Shown here: positions 43,890-57,079 of the stretch, one piece after another | How positions within the stretch are numbered: position 1 is the first letter of the stretch | Layout of the letters: every line of letters starts with the position of its first letter | DNA from: Trichoplax adhaerens | Lineage: Eukaryota > Animalia > Placozoa | Length of the DNA stretch: 64,000 bases | Direction of reading: 5' to 3' | Assembly: GCF_000150275.1 (NCBI RefSeq) | Contig: NW_002060944.1 | Span: 9,675,544-9,739,543, forward strand | Program-made: the position numbers and the translations under genes | Notes under the pieces: generated by a model | The model's input: the letters and a program-made list of their open reading frames with translations, nothing else | Databases searched by the model: none | Told to the model about the DNA's origin: nothing

Positions 43890-44112
43890 GTACTATCCAC
43901 TACACTCTACAGTACGGTACTGTACTGTACGATACATTTATAGAAAAGCTTACAGCACAGTACATAGAAAAGCTTACAGTATGTACCGTACAGCTATAGA
44001 AAAGCTTACAGTACAGTACTGTACAGTACTGTACAGCTATAGAAAAGCTTACAGTACAGTATAGCTATAGAAAAGCTTACAGCACAGTACCGCTATAGAA
44101 AAGTTTACAGTG
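43890..44112. repeat. Minisatellite TAGAAAAGCTTACAG x6 with TACAG-type linkers, upstream of ABCA3
   Basis: Directly visible repeat units of about 23-45 bp. Confidence 0.9.
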
Positions 44113-46380
44113 CCGTAGAAGATGACGTAAGGTTAACCGTCAACATGCGGTGGCTGACTGTGCAAGACGACGGTGTTGTGCCTGATACGTGACTCAAAAA
44201 TCAATGCTAATGTAACCGTCGGAGAAGAACAACCGATCCTTGTCGGCCAATCGGTTAAATCGATGATGTCATTGATTTGGATCTGTGAGAATCACATGAT
44301 GAAGTCCGCTGCCATCATGTTTGCTCGTCCATTCCATAGATGGGTAGGTGCCCAATCCAAGCGCTAATGTCGGTAAGGAGATATTCAAGGCAGCTGAAGA
44401 ATGTTGTTGACCTTTCTAAGAAAGGTTGAAGTACATTGGAACGATCAAGAGCGCGGCATAGGATGTTGTCGTCGATGGGTTTGAACCTCTTAACCCCAAC
44501 TTGGTGCTACTAAGGTCATGAGCTGAAATCATGGCCCATGTTAACTTGGGTATGATTATTGCCATCACGGTGGTAGCAGGAAAGGAGGAGGGTAGGAAAG
44601 GTAAAATGAAATTGACCTAACTGATGGAGTCTGTGACGTCCTAATAGAGTAGACTATTTGTGTCCTCTTCATGCGCGATCAGTCCATGCTTTCAAATACA
44701 ACAATCATTACGTCAGCCCTCTAGGATGCGCTGTTAAATGTTCTATGTTCTACTCCTTGTTGAAAAGATAGAAAGATACGTTGGATTGCAGTATTGAGCG
44801 ACAATGGAGCAACCGTCGGACCAAGGCATGCTTCAAACACAACAACAATCATTGCTTAGCTCTTCCCAATCTCTTCAACTCTCCGAGTAAAGATACTAGA
44901 CGTTCGATTGCAATGTTGAACGACATTTCAGCAACCATCTGACCATTGCGAAGGCAGTCTAAAGTCAATAAAACCGATGCTTCCAGTATATCTCGTAGGA
45001 AAGAGAATGACAATCTGCTCAATATGCAGCTTTCTAATCATAGGATTAAACTTTCAGTTTCTTCGTTGTCTGGCCAAAGTCCATCAGCATGAATAAATAT
45101 AATGTAAAAGAAAATGTTTCAAACCAATGCAGTCACTCATGCCAAATTTACCTTAATGTTGATTGGTTCATTCAACCCGTCATTACTAACTAAAATCAGG
45201 GCTTTTGCTTCGATGTATATACAGTATATATATATATATATGTTTATACAACGAGTATTAACTGCACAAAATTCGTGCGACGTTTGATATAATTTACTAG
45301 CCGGAGCGTTATCTTACAAATTACTTCCTCTCTTTATTAACGCAATAAATACAAAGTAAAGTACAAATACAACCACTTAAGTAAAATTAAGAATTACAAG
45401 TACATTGTAAAATCAGATAAAACAAATTGTCACAAGTATCTATATGACAAACCATGACTTATAAAATCATTTAACTTAAAATCTGATCAAAGTCATAACG
45501 TACAGCATCGAGGTAAGCAGCCCTTTGATGAATACGTACACCAGAGTGTACCACCAACAACATCAGAACTTTTATGATGTGAAAATATCAAATATGGCAA
45601 ATAGAGAAAGGGATAAGAAAATCTCTACAGTTTCAAACAAGTGAGTACAGGGAAGTATATATTTCACAAATGGCAATAAAAATATCGCATGGAAAGAAGA
45701 AATAAGTTATTGACCAGCAAACTTTATTGGTAGGCTAATCTATCTTAGCTAACTTTTATTAAAGTAAAGGCCAATATCTAGCCCCATTATAAAATCTCAT
45801 TAATGATCTACTGTCATAGCAAAGATCACATACTATGATCGACATTTACCTCTCGTTCAGACCTGTTAAAAATCTACGCACCATTCTTCATGAAGTAAAT
45901 AGCAAGTATTACTCCATGTTAGCTAATAGACTAAATTCCAGTATTGCACTCTATTGATCGAGACATCGACTCGATAGAATGCCAATTCTGCTTGGCAATC
46001 GATGCAGAACAGCAACACAGATTAAATAAAGATAAGAAATACTACTCTGCATAACGATATCCGTCAATATTTTGCAACATATCCTCATTACAATAGCAAA
46101 ATGTAATTATAAGAGTCGACCATTTAATAGCTATTACTATTTCATCCGCGGTTTAAATTTGTTGACTGAGTGACGTCAGCAAACTGTATTATAGCGTTCA
46201 CATGTAAAATAGAGATTTTATGCATAATCTTACTATAAAGTAGAAACTTATTTGAAACTATAAGTAAATATTATCATCGATATACTATTTCATCGTATAA
46301 AGAATCAGCTCTAAAAGACTTGATTGTATTAACTCAGACAGAACACAATATAGGAGAAGCGGGATAACATCAAATTGCTG

Positions 46381-46394
46381 GTTACTATGGAAAT
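46381..46394 (+). promoter_or_regulatory. Candidate RFX X-box upstream of CEP112
   Basis: GTTACTATGGAAAT matches the X-box consensus GTHNYYATRRNAAC at 13/14 positions and lies ~780 bp before the ATG of a centrosomal gene. Confidence 0.45.
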
Positions 46395-47169
46395 GACCGC
46401 ACCTTTTCCAAAGTGATCAAGCGCAGTGCTAGCAATATGTAAAAACCGTTAGTAAAGCGCTTTAAATTACTCTCTACCCCTCCAATATTAAAGTATCTAA
46501 CACTATTGCATTAGCTGTCTTGAATGGACTCATTCGTTTAAGTTGAATTGAGCTATTGGATCATTAACTTTGTGCTTGAGCATCATCAATTACATCCAAT
46601 TTCGCGTTCAGTATATGGCAACAATCTAAATTACCTCAGATATACTGGTCAATCTAGTTGGATTATTACTGCTTAATCTCAAGAAACTTTATTAAACAGT
46701 GCATAATCAATCGACCTGATATATTATTTAATGATCCAAAGTTAGTGGGCAGTGACACTAATATAATCAACTTAATTAAGCTTTAATAAGGTTTGTGTTT
46801 ATATTGATTTCGGACATCAATCTGTGCTCATTTATCATGGTCAATCTTTGAAAAATTGTCAGAATATTTTCTGCGCAATCTGAAAGCAACATAACTTAAA
46901 GTGAAATAGATAGAATAGAATCGTTAAGTTAGCTTAGATTTGTGCAAAAATAAATTCTTTGAGTTCATTAAACATGTAAATGAGAATGATTCGATTCCAT
47001 CATAACTTACATTTCATCTTAGTTTAATTGGTAACCAATATAATCTTTTTACCTGGATGGATTAGGAATAACAACTTTATTTGCTGTAATCTACAGATAT
47101 CAAATTATTCTAATATATTATCTAAAATTAGGAAGGATTTGGTGTCACTTTATATAAGCTAACAAGAAT

Positions 47170-50100
47170 ATGGCGACTTCGAGCAGAGCTATCGAGCATG
47201 ATACATTCAAGAATGTACTCATGGAAGAAATCTTCAACGAAAAGCAAGACTCACAATTTGACCAAATTTTAGGAAGAATAAAGCCGTTTACCCTCAATTT
47301 ATCACAAAAATTAGGTATTACAATTGATAAATAGGATATTAATAGCTGACACCATAGTACAATTAGAACATTTCAAAGCTAGTAATATCCCTCTCGCTTC
47401 ATTTTAATCCAGTTATAACTATAACAAAATTACCATATCTATAGTTATTATAAATCTCTGTAGTCAAATTTAAATCTATTATGAAATTTTAACAATATTT
47501 CAATTGATATATAAATCCTTTTTATCACAGAAAGACAACGTGTAGCTCAATGGATTAAGAAGCTATGCGAAACTGAAGACTTAACAACTTCAGGAAGGTA
47601 ATGATATCAATTGGCTTTATTTAGTTTGCCAATATTCATTGCTCAATCAGATTACTAGATATGAGATGGATTCATTAATTTTATTGGAATATAACTCTGC
47701 TAAGGCTCTATTTATCACATTTTACTGTATTATTTAATATCAGTAATTTTCTTCAGGCTAATATTTATAATTGACAAATTTGCGCTTATTTAGCTGTCAT
47801 GTTGTGGTTTATTGCAATGTTATACGTCAAAAGTGTATGTCTGCAATAATGCGCTACTAAATGAGGCGATGACTAATTACGAGATTGCGTTATAACGTAG
47901 CGTACTAACACATGATAGTCATGCAATCATTAATCTCTAATTTAACTGAACGAGATTCATTCGCCTAGAGCTTAAAGCAGAACAATATCATGTACACCGC
48001 TGCATGCTAAGATTGTTGTTATCTGATCAGCCTAGCCGTTCTTATTTCATTTTATTTTATGATTTTTCAAAATACATAATAAACCCCTATAAATATTACG
48101 TAGAATTAAGTAATAGTGCTTAAAAATTAAAGCAGGCTGTTAAATAAATCTTTCAGCTTCAACTACTGCACTAATTCCCGAAGATTTTATCAGTATTATC
48201 CTTTTCTTATCTGCTTGATGCATTATTATTCTCCAATAGAAAAAATCGAAATCTATATGCTCAATTACTATTACACATGTTGCAAAGAGGCATCTTGGAA
48301 GGACCATTTAGCGTAAATCCGGATCCCGGTCATTTACCTACCTTGCCATCATATATGGTAGTGTATTGTTGATTGTAATGTAAAAAAAAAACTGGAACTG
48401 CAACATAAGTAACAAAGATTATTAAATCAGATTTAATGTTGTTGTTATCGTTACCTTTAGTCAATTTATTTTGAAGACCCAAATCGTAGTGTTTCTGCCT
48501 CCCCAAGCCCTGAAAAGGTAACTGCATTATTTATTGCGAACTAGCCAGCAATAGTCAGAGGTACCTAATTACAAGACTGAAATTTATTTTCTAGATTAAC
48601 ACACGGCCCACTCCAGATTGGGTAATAGATGAATTAGCAGGTATGTACTGTAATTAGTAATGATTAATCAGAAATTAGAATTTTTATAGCAGTGGGGAAT
48701 ACTTATTGCCACTTCTTTCTTATAAATATGCTTTGATTTTCCTAGTGAATTATGCTATACCAAATAATCGAAGGTAAGATTTTTTAATAGAGAAGATAGA
48801 ATTAGCATTCGATGCCTTATTCGTAAACTTAAACTTATCTGGAGATTTTAATAAATAATGCCATGTCAATTATTACCGTCTTTGCACAGTTCTACGTGGC
48901 AAAATTAGTATTTAATGCGATTAATCTGACCATTTAAGTTCGTATTTGATGACATTTTAGCCTAGGAAAAAATCCTGTAGATTCTTCTCCTCCACCTGTA
49001 TCCGGATCAAGAATTTCTTACATCGACAATCAATACGATGGTAATTTAATTAGATCGCTAATTCATCCAATTTAGAATTCTCTTATATCGTTCATTTATG
49101 AATGATCTAGCAAATATCTTTCAATATCGTAACTTATATTTCCTAGACATGAATTATCGGAGAACACCAATTATTAAGACATCATTGGGTACAAAGGTAA
49201 AGCATTTTAGTTAATCTTCTATCATAAGAAAATCATTAATAGCCTTTCAATCTAAAATATTTTATATTAATAGCTTCAAGATGCTAGTGGGTCTCCTACA
49301 TCTGCCAGAGGGAGAAATTTTAACACAAGCTTAATATCGGTATGTTGATTTGATAGCAAGCTTACATAGAAAAAGATATCGTTACAATAAAGTCTATTCG
49401 TTAGGTCGAAATTTTAGTTTTAAGCCAATAAATGTTGCATTTTACTGACAGGAAAGTCAGCACTACCGCCATAATACAGGAAAAAGCAAAGGTGACTAGC
49501 AAAATCAGAACCTTATCGAAATCATAATTTAAATAAAGAATATAATTACTATGAGGTGTCTCTGATAAAAAACAAAGTGTAGATAGTCTTGCGACCAACT
49601 ATGATAGCATATAACCGCCATATAATCCTGCTTATTTTTTAAATTTCCTCTGCAAATATTATATTAAAATATAGTATTTTGCAAACCTTTGGAAACTACT
49701 TATTTTCCATGAAATTATTGGATTTTTATAATTCAGTAGATTACAATTGTGATTTAAAAGCAGCAGATATAATTTGATCTTGCAGTCGATATTAGTAAAT
49801 GATGTAAACATGACTATTCATTTAGATAGCTTACCTGATTTAATTAGTATTCTTTCTTAATTATAGCTCTACTACTACAAACTGAAGAACGTGAATTAAA
49901 ACGTTTACAGGAAAAAGAGGTGTTAAAATTGCTCTGAACTTGTATTTTCTCCGTTAAGCTTACGAAAGTTGTTCAAATTTAGGTTATACTTAATATCAAA
50001 ATGTAAATATCTAATCAGTATCGATATCTGCTTGTTATCTTAGCTTGAAGTCAAAATGAAAGCTATCGAGTCGAAATATCATGAAGAGAAATTAAAATTA

Positions 50101-53100
50101 CAACAAAAACATGATTCAGAAGTCCAAAAGGTGATGTATAACATCCAGTTTTGTAGATAAAATTTGCGTCCAAAAAGCAATAATTGATACTCTTTCTGAG
50201 TTTTCATAAAATGGTGTTATAAGTGGTCTTGGAATATTAGCGTATCCTTCTGCTTCCGTTTGAATCTAATAGCAGAAAATGGTATTTTTTATGTAGATAT
50301 TAGATCGTAAAAATACTGAAATCGAAGAAGTGAAAGCTCATTTCCGTAGTAAGTTTGCAGATATGGAATCGACTATTAAGCGACTAGAGCGGAAAGGTAA
50401 GTCGTTTCTAAAGCCAGCAGCTGATATTTCTATCGTAATCAAAAGTACAGGTTTCCTCAATTTAATTATTAAAAGTTAAGGACATATTTTACTGCAAGTT
50501 TATTTTTACCTTCCTGATATATCCAATCTTTATTGCCATTATATTTTTTTTATTTAACACCTCACCAAATTGAATGCAGTCAGCAAAGTTTTACAAGAAT
50601 CCTCTCAAGCTCTTGAACAACGTGATAAACAGATCTTAGAGCTAAAATCACTCTCCATACAGACCTCACAAAGCGTCCATAATGATTATGAAAGAAAGTT
50701 GCATGATACTGTCGCAAAACACGAACAAGAAAAGTTCGATATGCAAAAGAAGAACACAGAGAGCATACAAGACCTACTGGAAGATACTAATAAGAGAATT
50801 CAAAAAATGGAAAATGAATATAAAGCTCAATTGATTCAGCAGGTATATACTTTACAGTTTATTTTCATTTATGTCTCCAATGAACCTAATCACGTAGTAA
50901 TAGCTAGTATTCCAAAAATTGAGGCTATTGTGGATTAGAATAAAAACTGTAGTTGCAATCACGATTACTTACCTTGCGATGCCGGGAAGGAGACATTAAT
51001 ATTCGAATTCAACTGTAGACACAATTTAAAGTCTGAATGAATATAGTACCAAATTAATCTATTAACATCATCGTAATAAGTAAACTAAAATTTTTTTTAA
51101 AATCTTAAGAAATTTTAGTTAGAATCCATTACTATACCATTAGCTAATGATTTGCTAGTTTAAGGTCTGAATGGAATTTGTAGCCTATCATTAATTTAAT
51201 GTATCATCTTTCGAAGTTTTGGCTAAATAAATAAGATCATGAATGAATCAATATAGATTTAGAGTAGATTTATCATCCATCGCAGGTACTCTTTTGGCCA
51301 GATAATTACCATACTGTGCCGCTTTATCAGTATCGATTTTTATATGGATTTATTATGATACTTGAATATTTTATCCTTACAGAATAACATAAACAAAGAG
51401 CTCGAAGATCGAATTCAACAAGAAAGTCATGAATTGGAAGCTGTCAATGCAGTTCGTCTACGATTATCGTCTGAAAAACTGGATATCGAACAGAAATTTA
51501 ATGAGACTTTCAGTGAATTGCGCCATTATAAGAGTATCTGTGATCGATTAGAGCAAGATCAACGGCGAACCGCCGAAGAACATGAATCAGAGCTGCAGCA
51601 AACGCAGAAGAAATTTGAGTCATTGCAGGAATATAAGAAGCAAGAATTTGCCTTAGCAGAAGCGAAGGTTAAAATCTATCATATATAGCACTAGTAATGA
51701 CAGTATTTCTACTTAGTCGCTATCATCGATATAGAATGAATTAAACGGTTTAATTTGCCTGTACTTCCTATGAATTAGGCTACTGAAACGATTACCGGAC
51801 TTGAAGATACAATTGATCAATTAAAACAGAGGCTTCAAGACACTGAAAATCGCTATCAGCGAGACTATAAGGTATAGAATTTCCTTGGCTTTTAACAAAG
51901 TGTACCAGTAGTGTTTCTAACATATATCAGCTTTTTAATATACTTTTGGATAGAAACTGAGCTTTAGTGGAATAGAAAAAAAGCTAATGAAATGTTTGAT
52001 GTGTTCCATGATTATATTTTAGGAATTGCAGATAAAATATCAGAATGACAAGTCCCATACTGAGCAAGTTTATGAAAGCAAGGTCAGAAATGATTGGCAA
52101 GATTGTCCCTGCTTAGAATATTCGTAATCGGCAGAAATCTTTCAGTTTATAATGATTGAATTAGTAATACAATAATAGAATCGATCGCTAGATCTTGGGC
52201 TTTCCTGAACTAGTTACAGCCTGATGAGTCAATCGGAAATATTATCATGGATGTTCATTTCTTATATACTTATGTGATCATTAATAATGGCGATCCGATT
52301 ACACTGATTGTGTAGAATTTAGGAGGATATAATGCATGAAATAAAACTATAGGTCAAGTAATGTAATTTAATATCCTATCTTAGATCCAAACCATGCAAA
52401 ATCAAATTGAACAACAGCGTATTGATGCTCAAAAGAATTATCAGAAGCTAGAAGGAGATATAAGGTTATAGCATAAATTTATAAATCTGTTACAATTTTA
52501 AAGTTTACCCAAAGTTATCTACTTTGTGTAGCGGACTAAGCTAAAATTGATCAAAGTATTAAAATTATTTTAAAATTGATGCGACTATCCAAAACAGGGA
52601 ACGTGAAGAGCAATTAAAGAGGTTATCTGAACAACAACGCATGCAAACAGAAGAAGCAGAAAGAACTTTGGAAGAATTTAAAATTCAAATGGAAAATCAT
52701 TCTGAACAAATCTTTGATGAAATGAAGAAACAGGTTTATTTCCATGCAATTACCAAAGAATTTACTGACTCCAAAATCTAGCTTGTTAATATCTGATTTG
52801 CAAATTGCTTAGGATCTTTAACTAGGATATCTATATAGCAATTAATGACCTTGAGTACATTTCAACATAAGTGATTTATGTGGATTCCATTTGAACCTGT
52901 TGTTATCACATTCTAGGCTGAATTCTAATTTTTATTAAAGGACATTCATAGTCTAATGATTAGAATTCCTAATAATGTTCTAGTATTAAAAAGTATTACT
53001 AACCGATGATTCATACTTAAATTAAATTAAAAAATTGAATACTTAAAATGATCATTCGTGCTATTAATACACCATTTGTAGATGGCTACAGTTGAACAAG

Positions 53101-55256
53101 ATCTTGAACGTTCCAAATTAGCCCGAGAAAAGCAAAAGGAAGAATATAAGAAACAATTAGAAGAAAGAAGAAGAAGATATGAGACTGAAGTACACTCCTA
53201 ACACTAATTTATGCTATTTTATAGATACAAATATTAGTTATCAGACTTTACAGAAAACTAAATAAAGTCTAAATTTCCATTTTCTATCTTGTAAGATGGC
53301 AGAACTGAGGGCCAGCTGCGAGCAAGATAAGCTACAACTTATGCGAGAAGGTCATAAAGAAAAAGATAAACTTATGCGCGAAATGGAACGTGAAAAGGTA
53401 ATTATTATTTTATGTTGTTGTAGTGGATTATTGTACTCCATTAATGGCGCTATCGGAAAAGAAACAGTCCAAAACTTCATCATAATAATATGAGTGAAAT
53501 TACCTGCTGATAAATGTATCACTACATTATAAATTATAACAATTTTTAATTTAATTATTAATAGGAAGTCATCGCTGAAAAATTCCGGAAAGCTCTGTCA
53601 GAGCAAGAAGCGAAAGCCGCAGACTGTGCATCAAGAGATAGTAAAGTTAGTAATCAGTATATCTTTCTATTTTTCAGAATTGAACGTTTATTCATAATTT
53701 GACTACGAAAAAATGTTATAGACGATTAACGATTTGGAAAAGCAAGTCAGTAAACTTCGCGAGAATTTAATACAAGCGAATTCAGCTCACAAGGCGCAAC
53801 TTGTCGAATTGGGATTACTGCGAGAAGATGAGAAACAGGCTGCTATTCGAGCCCAAGAAGCAGCCACTAACAAGTTGCAGTCGCAAATGGAACAAGAAAA
53901 GTTAAAGCTACAACAAGATCATAGCAATGAAATGGAGAAATTATTACAAAATACTAATAATAGACTTAACCAAATTGACACAGAATACAAGGATCAAACT
54001 AGGATTGCCACTGAGGTAAAGAGAAAACAATTTTAAATACTCTTAGATCACTTTTGTCTATATTTTTATTTGCACGAGGCAGATTTCTGTCGAAAGAGAA
54101 TGTCACATTGTTAATATGACTCGATGTCAACTCATTAAATATTTTTATCTGTAACCCATTTCAAAATTAATTTCCATATTATAGAAAATAGAAATGTTGC
54201 AAAATCAAGCTTATGCATGGAAAGAAGAAAATTCAAAGTAAAATTATTAATCTTTTAAATAAGTTTTCTAGTAATCCAGTTGCCTATTTATTGTAGTTTG
54301 GCTATTGAAAAATATTAAAGTAAACACTTTTAATCTGGATTAGTCTACAAAATGAACACAATAAACAACTAGCCGAAATTTATGGTAATAATCAAAAAGA
54401 TATCGAAGATGTTAAAAAGCGCCACTCCGGTATTGTCAAGGTCAGTTATGAGTTCTTATAATTTATTTATTACTAAGTAAGACATGCAAGAAGTGTAATA
54501 TTAGATACTATTACAGTTTTAGATGGTTAATTAATCTGACTATTCTCTAACAGCGGTTCTTTATGATATCTACTTAATTTCAGTCACTTAAAGATGAAAT
54601 TAATAACCAGAAATCTAATATACAACTACTTGAGAAGCAGTCATTACAGAAAGAACGAGAATTTAAAGAAAAGGTAAGGAAGAATTAGCCTAATTAAACA
54701 GTATATCTTATTTCTGTTGCAATTTTTCCATATTTTACAGTTTTACATGTACTAAACTACAATGTGTTTTACTATGAACTATATTACGATCAAATTAGAG
54801 TAAATTAATACACAGAGAAAGAACATACAGATTTTGACATATTCTGCCAACTGGTTAACTCTTCATGTTATTAGATATCCAGGCTACAATTACAATATGA
54901 GGATAGGATCAAGGACATGATATCGGCAGAAATGAAAGAGGTAAACGACGTACATTGCATATTTAATATCAAGATTTTGACACTACGAATCCGATTTTCT
55001 GCAATAGCTCAGCATTAACTTACAGTTAGACTAATAGCTCTCTTAACAGCCAATATCGTAGATATTTGATACGATTTTAAAAGCGGTTAAAATCTTACAG
55101 GAATTAGAAGATACAATCCGTTCATTGAAATCTCAAGTCAATATGCTACAACAAAAAACTACTATTCTTCAAGACGAACTGACTATCAAAACCTACACTG
55201 CTCCACTCAAATTAGACACATCACTAGCATCTTTATCTAATTCGCCTAGGCAGTAG
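47170..55256 (+). CDS. CEP112: Centrosomal coiled-coil protein CEP112 (CCDC46), about 27 exons
   Basis: The spliced N-terminus FDQILGRIKPFTLNL...ERQRVAQWIKKLCE...RKNRNLYAQLLLHMLQRGILEGPF...LPSYMSIYF matches the CEP112 N-terminal domain as I recall it. Many coiled-coil exons follow (EEKLKLQQKHD, KLRENLIQANS), ending at TAG 55254-55256. Confidence 0.88.
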
Positions 55257-56429
55257 TCATCTATTATTTTAGGTCACTTCGTAGAAGCTTAATAGGTAAT
55301 TTTTGACAATATTTCAAGATGTAAGCAAGGCCTTTGATTGTAATGTTACTATAAATTTAATCTATTCTAAGCCAATAATTTACCATGTCCAACATCGATC
55401 TGAGTTGATACTGCACTCTTAAAGCTTCTAACATGAAAAGTACAAATACACAAATTATGGATATTGCGTCGACTTTGTGGTCAGTAAATTCAAGGAGGCA
55501 ACTTTCCCATTATGTCTTAATTTATTTCCAAGTTGTTCATACCACTATAGTAAAATTGACATTATACAGCTGTCTAGAGTTTTATGCCTTGATTTGAACT
55601 CTCTATACGAATTTTATGATCCGATGATCATCCATCTGCTTAGTCTCGGCCGTAATGGCCTATAATCATTTCAACTATCACTGTATAAATAATTATAATT
55701 ATTCGAATTATCCAAAACCTTTCTTTGCTAAATCGTGTAATTATTGACTATTTTTTTAACTAATTTTTGATTAGGCAATCATATTTCTAAATGTTTCTTG
55801 ATCTAATCTTCTATTAGACGATAAAGATGGTAAAAATTTTTCATTAATTTTGGAATTTTACTCCATTTTAAAGTGCTAATTCTATAAAACTATCAACTTA
55901 GATTAATATTAAGAATCTTAATGGTATTGTTCGAAGCCCATTAAGCTATTATTATTAGCTTCTCATGGCCGTAAATAAAGAAGTAAATAAAAGTATCAAC
56001 ATATTACTACAATCGCATATAACATATTGATTTAGTTTAACTATGAGAAAAGAACTTCTATATCTGTGATGATGATAGTATATCTTAAAAATTTATCAGA
56101 TTTACAAAAGATACGATATACACAAGCTAAAATCACAGAAAATTGATTATGATTTGAATGTTTTCTAAATTATCTGCGTAAGTAAACTACAATTAAAAAT
56201 TCATCGTACTTATAATGAATTTACCGCTAGTGCAAGTTAGAAAACTTTTATTGTAATCAACTCAACTTTATATTAACAGAAACGAACATATGAGCTACAA
56301 TATTATCTAATTTTTGATAGTGTTTGTTATGATTGACATTAACGGCAGTAATATGGTATTATTGTTATGGAAATCTATGGTATCTTTATACATATGGTGC
56401 GATTCAGGGTTTATCATTTAGAAATGCCT

Positions 56430-56785
56430 AGTTATCAGTACAGGTGCTACGTATATAAGTGTTGACATTTTGAATAAAAAAGTGAGTTATTATTCCTTAG
56501 TAAAGGATAAAGTTGTCCGAGTGATTTTATTTTATTAGCAGTTACAGTGATTAAACATAACAATTGGTGGCAGCGCTTATAGACCTAACGCTTTGAAAAT
56601 GCCTCATTCAACCAAATCTGGTAGGAAAACTCTATGAGTACAGGAAATACGTATATCAGTACAGACGCTACGTATATAAGTGTTAGTATTCTAAATAAAG
56701 AAGTTAGTTATTGTTCCTTAGCAAAGGTTAAAGATGTCCTTGCGGTTTTAATTTGTTAGCAGTTTTCAATGATTAAACATAACAG
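56430..56785. repeat. ~230-bp tandem duplication between CEP112 and the ODC-like gene
   Basis: TATCAGTACAG..GCTACGTATATAAGTGTT occurs at ~56433 and ~56654, with TTATT.TTCCTTAG and TTAGCAGTT also repeated. Confidence 0.75.
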
Positions 56786-57079
56786 CATTACACTCCGATC
56801 ATAATTATCAATGAATTCCGAAGCTATTTTGTATTTGTATCGTATTAGATCAAGTATGCATAGTAGAATACAAAAAGGAATGGATAGTCGTACCATGCTA
56901 TGCCCACAGGCGAGAGTATCACTAGCACTAAACATACAGTACATTTTAATGATTGGTAATTAAAGTAATTTATTCATTTCAATTTCTTCACAATTAGATA
57001 TTACGCTATTCTTGCTTACATATAGTATTGTGAATTAAGACAATGAATTAGACACCTTAATTACATGTTTTCTAATGAA

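Noticed and set aside
43935-44112. CRISPR-like repeat-spacer look (TAGAAAAGCTTACAG with variable linkers)
   Set aside because: The repeat is only 15 nt, the linkers are low-complexity variants of one pentamer, the context is eukaryotic and there are no cas genes.
44465-44530. tRNA/SINE-like B-box (GGTTCAAACCC on minus); similar TTCGAATCC at ~23087
   Set aside because: I could not build a cloverleaf or find a properly spaced A-box.
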